Below, piece after piece: positions 9,265 through 17,840 of a DNA stretch of 64,000 nucleotides. The notes under the pieces were generated by a model, which was not told the DNA's origin, made no database searches, and was given only the letters and a program-made list of their open reading frames with translations. The translations under genes were made by a program, and so were the position numbers. Numbering within the stretch: position 1 is the first letter of the stretch; every line of letters begins with the position of its first letter. Location: positions 186,001 to 250,000 of the forward strand of contig CAYXJN010000005.1 in the NCBI GenBank assembly GCA_964464605.1. Direction: 5' to 3'. This stretch comes from an uncultured Ignavibacteriales bacterium (GTDB lineage Bacteria; Zixibacteria; MSB-5A5; GN15; FEB-12).

Positions 9265-11040
9265 GTGGCGTTAAGTATTCGGAAAAAAATCTATCTCACC
9301 TACGGTCTTCCGCTTTTCGTTTTATTGATCGTTGGCATTACCGGGTTTCTGTTAACCAACAACGTCATGAAAGATGCCCACAAAGCTATCGATAGCGCCT
9401 TCAAAGCAGAGCAGGGTGTCATGCATATCCAAAGCAATTACCTGCGCTGTATCTGGGGAATCGAACAGGCCGTCAACGCACAAAGCTGGGCACCGCTCGA
9501 ACGGGCGCGGGAAATGTTCACGATGAGCCTTACGCACTTCGATGTCGGGTATGCGGAAATCGAGGGGACCGGTGTAGTGAGTAAAGACATACTCGTCGAC
9601 TGTCGGACAACATTCGAGTTAATGAAACATGCCGGCCAGCATGTTATTGATTTACGCGCTGACTCGTTTCACACCGGACAGGGAAGCGACAGCGAGTTGC
9701 GCCAGGCCTACGCTGAGTTTACGGTCATCGCCCAAAGACTTGATAAACTCGTGACCCGGATACAGGAGGGAGCAGGGGAGTTCGGCGGGACACAAAAGAA
9801 TGCGGCTGCCAGTATTGATCTGATGTTTGAACTTCATCGACGAACCGATGTTATCATGATTTCGTTGATTCTGTTTGGATTTTTGGTGAGTGGAATCGCT
9901 ATTTTTTGGCTGACACGATCGCTGTTAGGCCCGTTAAAAAACGTTACTGATGTTGCCGAACGAATCGCTAACGGTGAAGTCAAGAACGATATCGCTCTGC
10001 CAACTTCCAGCCCGGATGAACTCGGACAGTTGGCATCTTCGTTTCAGAAAACGATTGAATACATCAAAGAGCTTGCCGCTTCGGCTGATCGGATTGCCCG
10101 AAAGGACCTTCGCGTCGATGTTACTCCCCGCTCGCAAGGGGATATGCTCGGGAAATCATTCGTGCAGATGAAGTACAACTTGCAGGGCATGATTGTCCAG
10201 CTAACCGAAGACTCGACCCGGCTTTCGGAAGCGGCCGCGCATATTTCAGCTTCGTCGAATGAGTTATTGTCCGGCGCAAAGGTGCAATTGAGCGAAACTG
10301 ATCGGGTATCGTCAGCGGTTGAAGAGATGACCTTGAACATCCGCGAAGCCGTAACTGCTTCTATGCAGATGGCAGAACTTTCCCGTTCAGCTTCCGAGCG
10401 GGCGCAAATCGGCTCGCAAACTGTTACGGAAGCGATTCAGGAAATGAACCGTATCTCGAGCGTGGTAGAAAACTCCGCGAAAACAATGGAATCCCTTTCC
10501 AAATCCTCCGATGAAATCGGGCAGATTGTCAGCGTTATCGATGATATCGCTGATCAAACGAACTTGCTTGCCTTAAACGCTGCTATTGAAGCGGCTCGTG
10601 CCGGGGAGTTAGGGCGTGGATTTGCCATTGTTGCGGATGAAATCCGTAAACTCGCCGAACGTACATCCAAAGCAACCGGTGAAATCCGCGCTATGATTAA
10701 ACCGGTGCAGTCATCGACGGATGAAATCGTGCAATCGATGCAGTCCGGTCTCAACGAATTTAACGCCGGCCGTCAGCTAGTCATGAAAGTCGGGGAGAGC
10801 TTGAATGAAATTCTTGTTACCAGTAACCGCGTGCTTGAAATGACCTCGCATATGACTCACACGACCAAAGAACAATCCGACGCCGCTTTTTCAATCAGCC
10901 GGGCGGTAACACATATCTCCAAAGTCAGTGGACGTGCCGCCACCGAAGCGGAGCAATCCGCCGATGCCGCCAAGGGACTCACTGAACAGGCCGAACGCCT
11001 TACCCGTTTCGTTAATCAGTTCACCGTCGCCAGCAAATAG
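9265..11040 (+). CDS. Methyl-accepting chemotaxis protein (2 TM, periplasmic sensor, HAMP, signalling domain)
   Basis: [40 protein letters not shown] signature; DELGQLA HAMP; two hydrophobic segments; GTG start. Confidence 0.95.
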   Translation: MALSIRKKIYLTYGLPLFVLLIVGITGFLLTNNVMKDAHKAIDSAFKAEQGVMHIQSNYLRCIWGIEQAVNAQSWAPLERAREMFTMSLTHFDVGYAEIEGTGVVSKDILVDCRTTFELMKHAGQHVIDLRADSFHTGQGSDSELRQAYAEFTVIAQRLDKLVTRIQEGAGEFGGTQKNAAASIDLMFELHRRTDVIMISLILFGFLVSGIAIFWLTRSLLGPLKNVTDVAERIANGEVKNDIALPTSSPDELGQLASSFQKTIEYIKELAASADRIARKDLRVDVTPRSQGDMLGKSFVQMKYNLQGMIVQLTEDSTRLSEAAAHISASSNELLSGAKVQLSETDRVSSAVEEMTLNIREAVTASMQMAELSRSASERAQIGSQTVTEAIQEMNRISSVVENSAKTMESLSKSSDEIGQIVSVIDDIADQTNLLALNAAIEAARAGELGRGFAIVADEIRKLAERTSKATGEIRAMIKPVQSSTDEIVQSMQSGLNEFNAGRQLVMKVGESLNEILVTSNRVLEMTSHMTHTTKEQSDAAFSISRAVTHISKVSGRAATEAEQSADAAKGLTEQAERLTRFVNQFTVASK

Positions 11041-11180
11041 TTATCGTATCGTTTCCAATTCTCATTTCTCCCGAATTTGGCTTTTGTTTCATGATTTCGG
11101 GTGAGATTGCTCAAATAGCGTAATCGCATAGAACGCCACATTTCATTTCCATCCAACGCCTTATCTGAATCGCATCGCAT

Positions 11181-11197
11181 TCGGCATGCCGGTTGCA
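11181..11197 (+). promoter_or_regulatory. Sigma54 (-24/-12) promoter
   Basis: TCGGCATGCCGGTTGCA = GG-N10-GC with TTGCA; imperfect inverted repeat TGAGATTGC/GTAATCGCA at 11102-11128 upstream (possible UAS). Confidence 0.7.
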
Positions 11198-11411
11198 TAA
11201 TACATCGCATGGGTTAGCGTGAAATCTCCTTTCACACAGATACCCCGACTATTCCCCTCTATATGGGGAGCGCGAGAGCATCCCGCCTCCCCGTATTTGA
11301 AAAACCGGAAGGAGCGTGAAACGATGTAGATGAGTGATAGGCACTGATAGAGTGACTAACGAGCGGGTGAATAGGAAACAAAAAAGGAGCAAAAAGTAGT
11401 TGAGGTTACAG

Positions 11412-12155
11412 ATGAAAAAGCTAATACTTTCTTCAGCGGCAGTTCTCATGGGAACATGTATGATAATAGCGATGGGTTGCGATCAAAGCGATGAACGTGG
11501 TTCGGCTAACACGGTCGAGTCATCTGCTGTTGATAAGTCCAACCAGACGAATGATTTTGTATATAGTGAAGGCGTTACCCAAATCTGGACTGTCCTTAGC
11601 GAATCCGGAACAGAGCGAGTGTATCAGGTAGCGGGGTTTGAAGCCATCAAATCTGAACTGCATGACTGGGAGATAGATGGGTATGTGTTCTCGCCGAACC
11701 GGTCGTTCGTGACTGGTGCCTATGTCAAGCCAGATACTAACAATGCGAACGACTCTTTCTATGTCGAACTGGTCACGCTGGTGATGAACAGCACCGAAGA
11801 TTTTGAGAATGAAGGCATTTTCATTGAATACTTCAGGTGCGAGGAATTCGGCTCCGGATTACGGGTATCCGAACTCAGCTTTGTTTCTCAGACAGACGAA
11901 GGCTGGGAAGGAATTGATGACGGTCTATGGGTTCGCTCTTCTATGCACCCAATTTATTCCAGATCAAGAACTCCAATGGTTACTTCTTTTTGGAGTTGTT
12001 GGAGTGGAAAGACATTAGGCGGTTGCTTGGGTGGAGCAGTCAGATGTGCTCTATCCGGTCCCGGTTGGGCAGGGTGCACGGGAGGAATCTGCGCGGGAGC
12101 GGCAGTAGGTTTCGCGGCTTACTGCGGTGGACAGTCTCTCGGTTGGTGGTCATAG
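11412..12155 (+). CDS. Lipoprotein with C-terminal Cys/Gly-rich bacteriocin-like domain (halocin-C8-precursor-like architecture)
   Basis: GAGG RBS then ATG 11412; lipobox IAMG-C; acidic central region; C-terminal 56 aa SFWSCWSGKTLGGCLGGAVRCALSGPGWAGCTGGICAGAAVGFAAYCGGQSLGWWS. Confidence 0.6.
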   Translation: MKKLILSSAAVLMGTCMIIAMGCDQSDERGSANTVESSAVDKSNQTNDFVYSEGVTQIWTVLSESGTERVYQVAGFEAIKSELHDWEIDGYVFSPNRSFVTGAYVKPDTNNANDSFYVELVTLVMNSTEDFENEGIFIEYFRCEEFGSGLRVSELSFVSQTDEGWEGIDDGLWVRSSMHPIYSRSRTPMVTSFWSCWSGKTLGGCLGGAVRCALSGPGWAGCTGGICAGAAVGFAAYCGGQSLGWWS

Positions 12156-12180
12156 TTATTTAGTTAATGGAAGGAGAATC

Positions 12181-12393
12181 ATGAGTGTACAAAAAAATGC
12201 AGGATTGAAACGAAATCCAGTTATCGACAGTGTCTTTTTTGGTCTTATGATAACGGTAATTTTCGCTTTCACCGACTACATTGATTCAGGATCAATGACA
12301 GAGGTTATTCTCAAGGCGTTATTGATTGGTCTTTGTACAGGTCTTGTATTCGGGTTAATCGAGCGCATGATTCTCAAACGGTTGAACAAGTAG
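12181..12393 (+). CDS. Small 2-TM membrane protein, candidate immunity protein
   Basis: AAGGAG RBS; 70 aa with two hydrophobic helices and basic ends; directly follows the bacteriocin-like gene. Confidence 0.6.
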   Translation: MSVQKNAGLKRNPVIDSVFFGLMITVIFAFTDYIDSGSMTEVILKALLIGLCTGLVFGLIERMILKRLNK

Positions 12394-12397
12394 GCTT

Positions 12398-12440
12398 AAA
12401 CGGTCGGGGCTGTACTGCCTCGGCCGTTTCTTTTTTTATT
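12398..12440 (+). terminator. Rho-independent terminator
   Basis: aaacggtcggggc-tgtact-gcctcggccgttt stem followed by ctttttttatt. Confidence 0.85.
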
Positions 12441-12496
12441 AATCTTCATCGCATTCCATCCTATAAAGCACAAAATCACTCACCTTGCCACTTTTT

Positions 12497-12509
12497 TAAG
12501 TCGTTGATT
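12497..12509 (-). promoter_or_regulatory. IHF-like binding site
   Basis: Reverse strand AATCAACGACTTA matches WATCAANNNNTTR. Confidence 0.45.
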
Positions 12510-12538
12510 TATTGATGAATATAGTCATTTTCGCTTTG

Positions 12539-12561
12539 GCGGTGTCAATCCGTGACACCGC
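12539..12561. promoter_or_regulatory. Perfect palindromic operator candidate
   Basis: GCGGTGTCA-atccg-TGACACCGC (9-bp arms, 5-bp spacer). Confidence 0.55.
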
Positions 12562-12600
12562 TCAACTTCTTGCAGAACAATAGCTTTCGCATTTTCCCCC

Positions 12601-12629
12601 TTGACAAAAATAGTTGATTTGAGCAGAAT
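12601..12629 (+). promoter_or_regulatory. Sigma70-type promoter
   Basis: TTGACA-N17-CAGAAT upstream of the 12730 ORF. Confidence 0.55.
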
Positions 12630-12729
12630 GCCAAAAGAGGTTAATGGAATAGCAATTATGCAAGGCAAACTATCCACCCCAAAAACAAACATATCAGGGC
12701 GCAGTTTTGCCGCAGTTCGTAGAGGTGTT

Positions 12730-13098
12730 ATGAAATGCTCAATCAGTCCAGCCGTATGGGGGTTTTACAGATCGGGGCTGCTGATTTTCTTGCTTGCCGT
12801 CTTTGCTGCATTCATCGCGCAGCCGCTTTCCGCCCGCGAGTACGACATGCGCAAGCCGCTCGCTCATGTGCAACCTTCTGCCAGTAGTCCATCAGGTGAT
12901 GAAGATCCATTTCCGGTAGGGAAACACATTACTCGTGAAAAACAAGGTGTTACTCCGCAGCAACCAGCCACTATTCGTGTTTCAGCTCTGATAGGCTTGC
13001 GTGGTTATATAAACTTCCTTTGCCAAGAAGTTACCTCACTCTTTGTAACCGACAGGATGAATAATGAGACCGATTCTGGAAGCATTGTTGCAGACTGA
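12730..13098 (+). CDS. Small secreted/membrane protein upstream of the TPR-sigma54 activator
   Basis: GAGG RBS before ATG 12730; signal peptide ending AQPLSA; low-complexity mature part with SGDEDPF; overlaps the start of the regulator. Confidence 0.5.
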   Translation: MKCSISPAVWGFYRSGLLIFLLAVFAAFIAQPLSAREYDMRKPLAHVQPSASSPSGDEDPFPVGKHITREKQGVTPQQPATIRVSALIGLRGYINFLCQEVTSLFVTDRMNNETDSGSIVAD

Positions 13099-13228
13099 CG
13101 ATTTTCTTAAGCAGGAGAAGTATTCAAAAGCAATTACTGCTTTGACGGCTATTTCTGTCGATTCACTGTTTGGCGTAGAAAAAGGCATATATCACCGTCA
13201 AATGGGCGAGGCGTTGCTGTTTTTTTAG
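13064..13228 (+). pseudogene. 5' fragment of the TPR-sigma54 activator, cut off by a frameshift in a T7 run
   Basis: AGGA RBS; MRPILEALLQTDDFLKQEKYSKAI...EALLFF-stop. One extra T in 13220-13226 joins it in frame to LGTDPENHLDIAIELFRK... of the 13267 ORF. Confidence 0.7.
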
Positions 13229-13266
13229 GCACGGACCCGGAGAATCATCTTGATATCGCGATAGAG

Positions 13267-15183
13267 TTGTTTCGTAAAACAGACAATCATACTGAATATG
13301 CACATGCAAAATATCTTAAGGGTTGGCAATTACAACGTTTAGGCAATCTTGTTGATGCGAAGGATGTACTAACCGAAGCATATGCCGCATTTTTGCGTGC
13401 AGAAGATCTCAATGGTTGTGCGCTTTCTCTGCATCTGCAGGCGATTGTTTGCCACCACTTAGGTCAAGGTGACGTTGCCATTGAATATCAGTTGAACTCG
13501 ATTAACGTATATGGAAAAGCCGGGGATGAAATCAAGGCAAACCGCGGTTCAATGAGCCTTGCGCTTATTTTTTTCCGGTTAGGCAGGTTCAAAGAGGCAA
13601 GAAAGCAATATAAGATTGTAGAACAAAGCCTGTCTACACTTTCCAAACAAAACAAGATTAGTTACTACCTCGGTCATTCAGTTTTATCGATTTATTCGGG
13701 TGATACCGAACAGGCGGAAAAAGACTTCGCGTTTGTTAAGAAGAATATCGGAGATTTAAAACGAGAAGAAGCGATCTACTACGAATATCTCGGGTGGGCG
13801 AAGCTGCTTGAAAAAGATTACAAAGCTGCCGAAACCGCGCTTAACACCGGTCTGAAACTCTCACTCACTATGGGGGATTCGACAACGCTTATTTCGCAGA
13901 CGAAACGATTATTAGCTGATGTCTATGTTGCCACTAATCGGCATAAACTTGCCGAGCAAACCGCGCTTGAATCCTTGCAGGTGGCGGAAAAAATCGGTGA
14001 GCGGTTGGAAATCGCCGCATCATGGCGCGTGCTGGCGCAAACGGCAACCGTGTTAGGCAACAAACAGGAAGCGGTGGAGTATTTCCGAAAAGCAATAGAC
14101 CTGTTCAATCAGATAGGCTATCGATTTGAATTGGCATTAACCCGTTTTCTTGCCGCCCGTTCAGGATTGTATACAGAAGCGGAATCATCGGTGCTTTTGC
14201 ATATGGCAGAAGAATATTTTGCATCGGAGGAATTGACCGAGCATACCAAACTTATCGATCAGGCAGCAACCAAACTGATTCCGACTCCGAAAACCGAGTG
14301 TAAAGCAGGTGCGGCATCATCCTATGTTGTCCTTGCCGAAAGCAAGCGGATGAAAAAAGTCATGTCCTTAGTCGATAAAGCCGCGCCGACATCGTTCACG
14401 ATTTTGTTAACCGGTAAATCCGGAACCGGAAAAGACCTGATTGCCCGGTATATGCACGAACAAAGCGGCCGTACCGGTAATTTTGTTTCGTTTAATGCCG
14501 CCTCGGTACAGCCGACGCTTGCCGAATCCGTCCTTTTCGGAACGGTTAAGGGGGTGTTTACGGATGCCACCGACCGCCCCGGACTTTTTGAAGCGGCTGA
14601 CAAGGGGACGTTCTTTCTGAACGAAATCGGAAATGCCTCGCTTGAACTGCAGGCAAAACTGCTTGATGTACTTGAAACGCACAGTTTCTGTCGTGTAGGC
14701 GAGAATATCCCCCGCTCGGTGAATTTTCGGTTAATTGCCGCTACCAATGCTGATCTTGAAGCGATGATTCGTGCGAACACATTCCGCGCCGACTTGTACC
14801 ACCGTCTGCGGCAAGTGCCGGTGCATTTACCATCGCTTGATGAGCGTAAAGAGGATATCCCGGCGCTCATCGCAAGATTCTTTACTGAGCAAAACAGGAC
14901 AATGAGCGATTCTGAATTGATACAATTGTCTGCTGTCCTTTCGGAAAGACCTTGGCAGGGGAATATTCGTGAGTTACGGAGCGAACTCGATATTATCTGG
15001 ATCGCCTGCGCCGGTGATTTTGACCGGTTGCTCAAAGAAGCCGAGCGCCGGGTCAAAATTCAGCAGTATAAGCAAGCCGTCGAAGATGCCGACGGTAACT
15101 GTTCAAAAGCGGCTCGTTTGCTCGAAACCGATGAAAGTACGCTTCGCTATTGGATGAGCAAACAGGAAGTAGACACAAACTAA
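13267..15183 (+). CDS. TPR-repeat sigma54-interaction (AAA+) transcriptional regulator with C-terminal Fis-type HTH (true start probably 13064)
   Basis: TPR helices; Walker A GKSGTGKD; ESVLFG..KGVFTDA; FFLNEIG; RLIAATN; FRADLYHRL; WQGNIREL; GNCSKAARLL HTH. Confidence 0.9.
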   Translation: MFRKTDNHTEYAHAKYLKGWQLQRLGNLVDAKDVLTEAYAAFLRAEDLNGCALSLHLQAIVCHHLGQGDVAIEYQLNSINVYGKAGDEIKANRGSMSLALIFFRLGRFKEARKQYKIVEQSLSTLSKQNKISYYLGHSVLSIYSGDTEQAEKDFAFVKKNIGDLKREEAIYYEYLGWAKLLEKDYKAAETALNTGLKLSLTMGDSTTLISQTKRLLADVYVATNRHKLAEQTALESLQVAEKIGERLEIAASWRVLAQTATVLGNKQEAVEYFRKAIDLFNQIGYRFELALTRFLAARSGLYTEAESSVLLHMAEEYFASEELTEHTKLIDQAATKLIPTPKTECKAGAASSYVVLAESKRMKKVMSLVDKAAPTSFTILLTGKSGTGKDLIARYMHEQSGRTGNFVSFNAASVQPTLAESVLFGTVKGVFTDATDRPGLFEAADKGTFFLNEIGNASLELQAKLLDVLETHSFCRVGENIPRSVNFRLIAATNADLEAMIRANTFRADLYHRLRQVPVHLPSLDERKEDIPALIARFFTEQNRTMSDSELIQLSAVLSERPWQGNIRELRSELDIIWIACAGDFDRLLKEAERRVKIQQYKQAVEDADGNCSKAARLLETDESTLRYWMSKQEVDTN

Positions 15184-15236
15184 AACAAGTTTCTCCTACC
15201 TCAATTGCTTTCGGCGCCTCCGAAAGTTGTTTTGTA

Positions 15237-15271
15237 CTCCCGAATCGCTGAGCGGTTCGGGAGATTTTTTT
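15237..15271 (+). terminator. Rho-independent terminator
   Basis: ctcccgaatcgc-tga-gcggttcgggag stem followed by attttttt. Confidence 0.8.
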
Positions 15272-15352
15272 CTCCTTGCCAACCGTACATAATCCCTGCA
15301 ATTTCGCTCGCAGATTAACCGAAACCTGCGAAATAGTACAGGATGTACGCCG

Positions 15353-16573
15353 ATGCCCCAACTGCTTGAACAATCTGCCTTTGCTGCCATACCGTTTGCA
15401 CCGCTCCATGACCAGATAGTTGCCGTTACCGAAGCCTTTCGCAAAGATCCGCGAAAAGAAAAAATTAACCTGAGCATCGGCGTCTACCGTGATGAACAGG
15501 GGATTCTGCCGGTTTTTGAATCAGTCAAACAAGCCGAAGCGATGATTGCCGAACAGGAACGCTCCAGTGGTACCGGGAAAGCATATTCGCCGATCGAGGG
15601 GCTTCCGGAATTTCGTGAGGCATCATCGAAATTGATTTTTGGTAACGTCTCCCGTGAGCATATTGTTACCGTTCAAACTATCGGCGGTTCGGGCGCGTTG
15701 ACCCTTACTGCCATTTTAGCACGCGAATTCTTAGCACCGGAGAAAGTATACTTTAGTGATCCCTGCTGGGTGAACCATCCCGGTATTTTTAAGCTGCAAA
15801 AAGTGAAAACGGCAAAACTACCCTATTATGATGCCGAACGCTGTAAACTGCTGTTCGATGACTTTTGCAGTTCACTCGAAAGATTATCTTCAGGCAGCAT
15901 CGTGTTGTTACAGGCAAGCTGTCACAATCCAAGCGGTGTAGACTTATCAAAACAGCAATGGCGGACCTTGTCCGATTTGTTTAAGGAAAATCAACTGATA
16001 CCGATTCTTGATTTAGCCTATCAGGGATTGGCGGAATCGCTGGAAGATGATGCATACGCCGCCCGTTTGTTCGCCAATGAAGGTATTCCCGGATTTGTGG
16101 CACATTCATTTTCCAAATCGATGTCCCTTTACGGTGAACGCACCGGTTCATTATCGATTGTCACCGAAAGTGCCGAACAGGCGCAGGCGGTTATGAGCCA
16201 GTTGAAAAATATTATTCGTCCGTTGTATTCAAACGCACCGATTCATGGCGCGAAAATCGCGGCAACTGTACTCAACGATTCCACCCTTTCATCACAGTGG
16301 CAGAATGAAGTTGGACAATTACGCACCCGCATAAATGGTTTGCGCAGATTGTTGGCGGCAGAACTGAAAAAGAACGGTGTAACGGATGATCTTCGCTATA
16401 TCGCCGAAGGGCATGGTATGTTCGCGCTTTTGAAACTCACGCCACAACAAGTGGCGCAGCTTGCTGAAAAGCATGCGTTGTATCTCGTACCGGATGGGCG
16501 TATTTGTATTCCGGCATTGACGATGGAGAACGTCGAGCGGGTGGCTAAAGCGATTGGAAACATTGACCGATAG
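15353..16573 (+). CDS. aspC: Aspartate/aromatic amino acid aminotransferase (AspC/TyrB family)
   Basis: KINLSIGVYRD, QTIGGSGAL, CHNPSG, DLAYQG, SFSKSMSLYGERTG (PLP lysine), DGRI. Confidence 0.9.
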   Translation: MPQLLEQSAFAAIPFAPLHDQIVAVTEAFRKDPRKEKINLSIGVYRDEQGILPVFESVKQAEAMIAEQERSSGTGKAYSPIEGLPEFREASSKLIFGNVSREHIVTVQTIGGSGALTLTAILAREFLAPEKVYFSDPCWVNHPGIFKLQKVKTAKLPYYDAERCKLLFDDFCSSLERLSSGSIVLLQASCHNPSGVDLSKQQWRTLSDLFKENQLIPILDLAYQGLAESLEDDAYAARLFANEGIPGFVAHSFSKSMSLYGERTGSLSIVTESAEQAQAVMSQLKNIIRPLYSNAPIHGAKIAATVLNDSTLSSQWQNEVGQLRTRINGLRRLLAAELKKNGVTDDLRYIAEGHGMFALLKLTPQQVAQLAEKHALYLVPDGRICIPALTMENVERVAKAIGNIDR

Positions 16574-16612
16574 TTGAGCAATATCCTTTGTAATTATAGT
16601 TAGGGAGGCAAT

Positions 16613-17386
16613 ATGAAAGTCATTCTAAAATGCGCTGTTTTACTCTGCTTGATTGTCATGCTAAGTTCATGTTCGAAAGACAAAAAGGAATGGGAAGGCC
16701 TACAAAATCTGCAGGCCGATAAAACTGTTGTAATACAAAGTAATGCCGATCTCGACTTCAAAATTGAAGCATGCAAGACCGTGATTGATTCTTTAAATGG
16801 GTTTCTTGGGAGATATAGATCAGGAGAATATATTAATAGTGCCCATGAAGCACTTAGCGTTTGGCAACAAAAGAGGACAGCATTTAATCGTCAGAAAGAC
16901 TATCAGGGCTTAAAAACAGTGCAAGAGGCATCTGAGCAGGTCTTGAGAACCACTGCTGATTATGATGTCCGAAATCAAGCCTGTGAAAACGCCATTGTTT
17001 CCTTGCAAGCATTTCTAACCAAATATCCTGCAGCTGAAGAAGCTTCACTTGTTCATACATCTTTAGATGCTTGGAAAAGTCGGAAGTCGACTTTAGCAAA
17101 TGAATTGGCGTCGCTTATGAATGAGTTTGATAGTCTTAGTAAAGAAGCTGCAACCAGTGCCGCTTTTAAACAGCATGCGTTATCGAATATCGAAAAGATT
17201 GAATTAGAAAACCGTGAGAAACGTACTGAAGGTTCTGGTATGTTTGTTCGCGATGTGTATGCCGTGCGAATGAGAGGAAAAATTCTTGGAACGAGTATTT
17301 TCAAACTGAAAATCACCGTTGAAGGCACCATATCAATGGATACCAAGAAAGTTACTGTTAACGACAAGCCACTCGTTGAAGAATAA
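16613..17386 (+). CDS. Hypothetical lipoprotein with two internal helical repeats
   Basis: GGAGG RBS; lipobox LSS-C; repeated AC....SL..FL..Y.........L..W..R unit. Confidence 0.7.
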   Translation: MKVILKCAVLLCLIVMLSSCSKDKKEWEGLQNLQADKTVVIQSNADLDFKIEACKTVIDSLNGFLGRYRSGEYINSAHEALSVWQQKRTAFNRQKDYQGLKTVQEASEQVLRTTADYDVRNQACENAIVSLQAFLTKYPAAEEASLVHTSLDAWKSRKSTLANELASLMNEFDSLSKEAATSAAFKQHALSNIEKIELENREKRTEGSGMFVRDVYAVRMRGKILGTSIFKLKITVEGTISMDTKKVTVNDKPLVEE

Positions 17387-17390
17387 TAGC

Positions 17391-17459
17391 GTAGGTGCCC
17401 CACCTTTTAAGGTGGGTTCCTGATGAATCAAATGACCCCACAGCAAGCTGTGGGCGACC
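17391..17459. repeat. REP-like inverted doublet of palindromes
   Basis: GTAGGTGCCCCACC-ttttaa-GGTGGG and CCCACAGC-aa-GCTGTGGG; the second unit resembles the reverse complement of the first; GTAG tetranucleotide at the 5' end. Confidence 0.5.
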
Positions 17460-17494
17460 GAAGTAAACGCGAAGCGATAGCCCCCACATGCAAT

Positions 17495-17582
<88 letters not shown>

Positions 17583-17840
17583 AGGTAACGCCAAAGTACC
17601 CAAAAGTTCATGCCTAAGCAATGCTTAGAAGAACGCACAAACGCCCCAAATTGCCCTCCAAAAAACGCCCCAAAGTCCCCTAACCGTAAAAACTTGCCAA
17701 GTCAGTCCGTATCGGCAATACTACCGGAGAACCGGCGGAACTTTCGACCCTAAAACCGCATTATATGCTTCACGAGTACGGTACTGGCCGTGCCCTGCAG
17801 GTCGACACTACCCGCCTTTAACGAATGAGAAAAACAAAGA

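Noticed and set aside
11200..11410. Riboswitch/ncRNA in the ~200-nt leader after the sigma54 promoter
   Set aside because: Only a short hairpin (tcccc-tctatat-gggga); no recognisable family motif. An Rfam search would be needed.
12471..12490. Minus-strand sigma54 promoter TGGCAAGGTGAGTGAT
   Set aside because: Lacks the -12 GC and points at no gene.
14322..15056. Long antisense ORFs (244 aa here; also 25560-26180, 39877-40455, and the shifted-frame 7460-8065)
   Set aside because: Shadows of well-supported genes; no motifs or RBS.
17587..17680. Short direct repeats aaacgccccaaa (17639, 17663) between tRNA and tig
   Set aside because: Only two copies in low-complexity promoter DNA.
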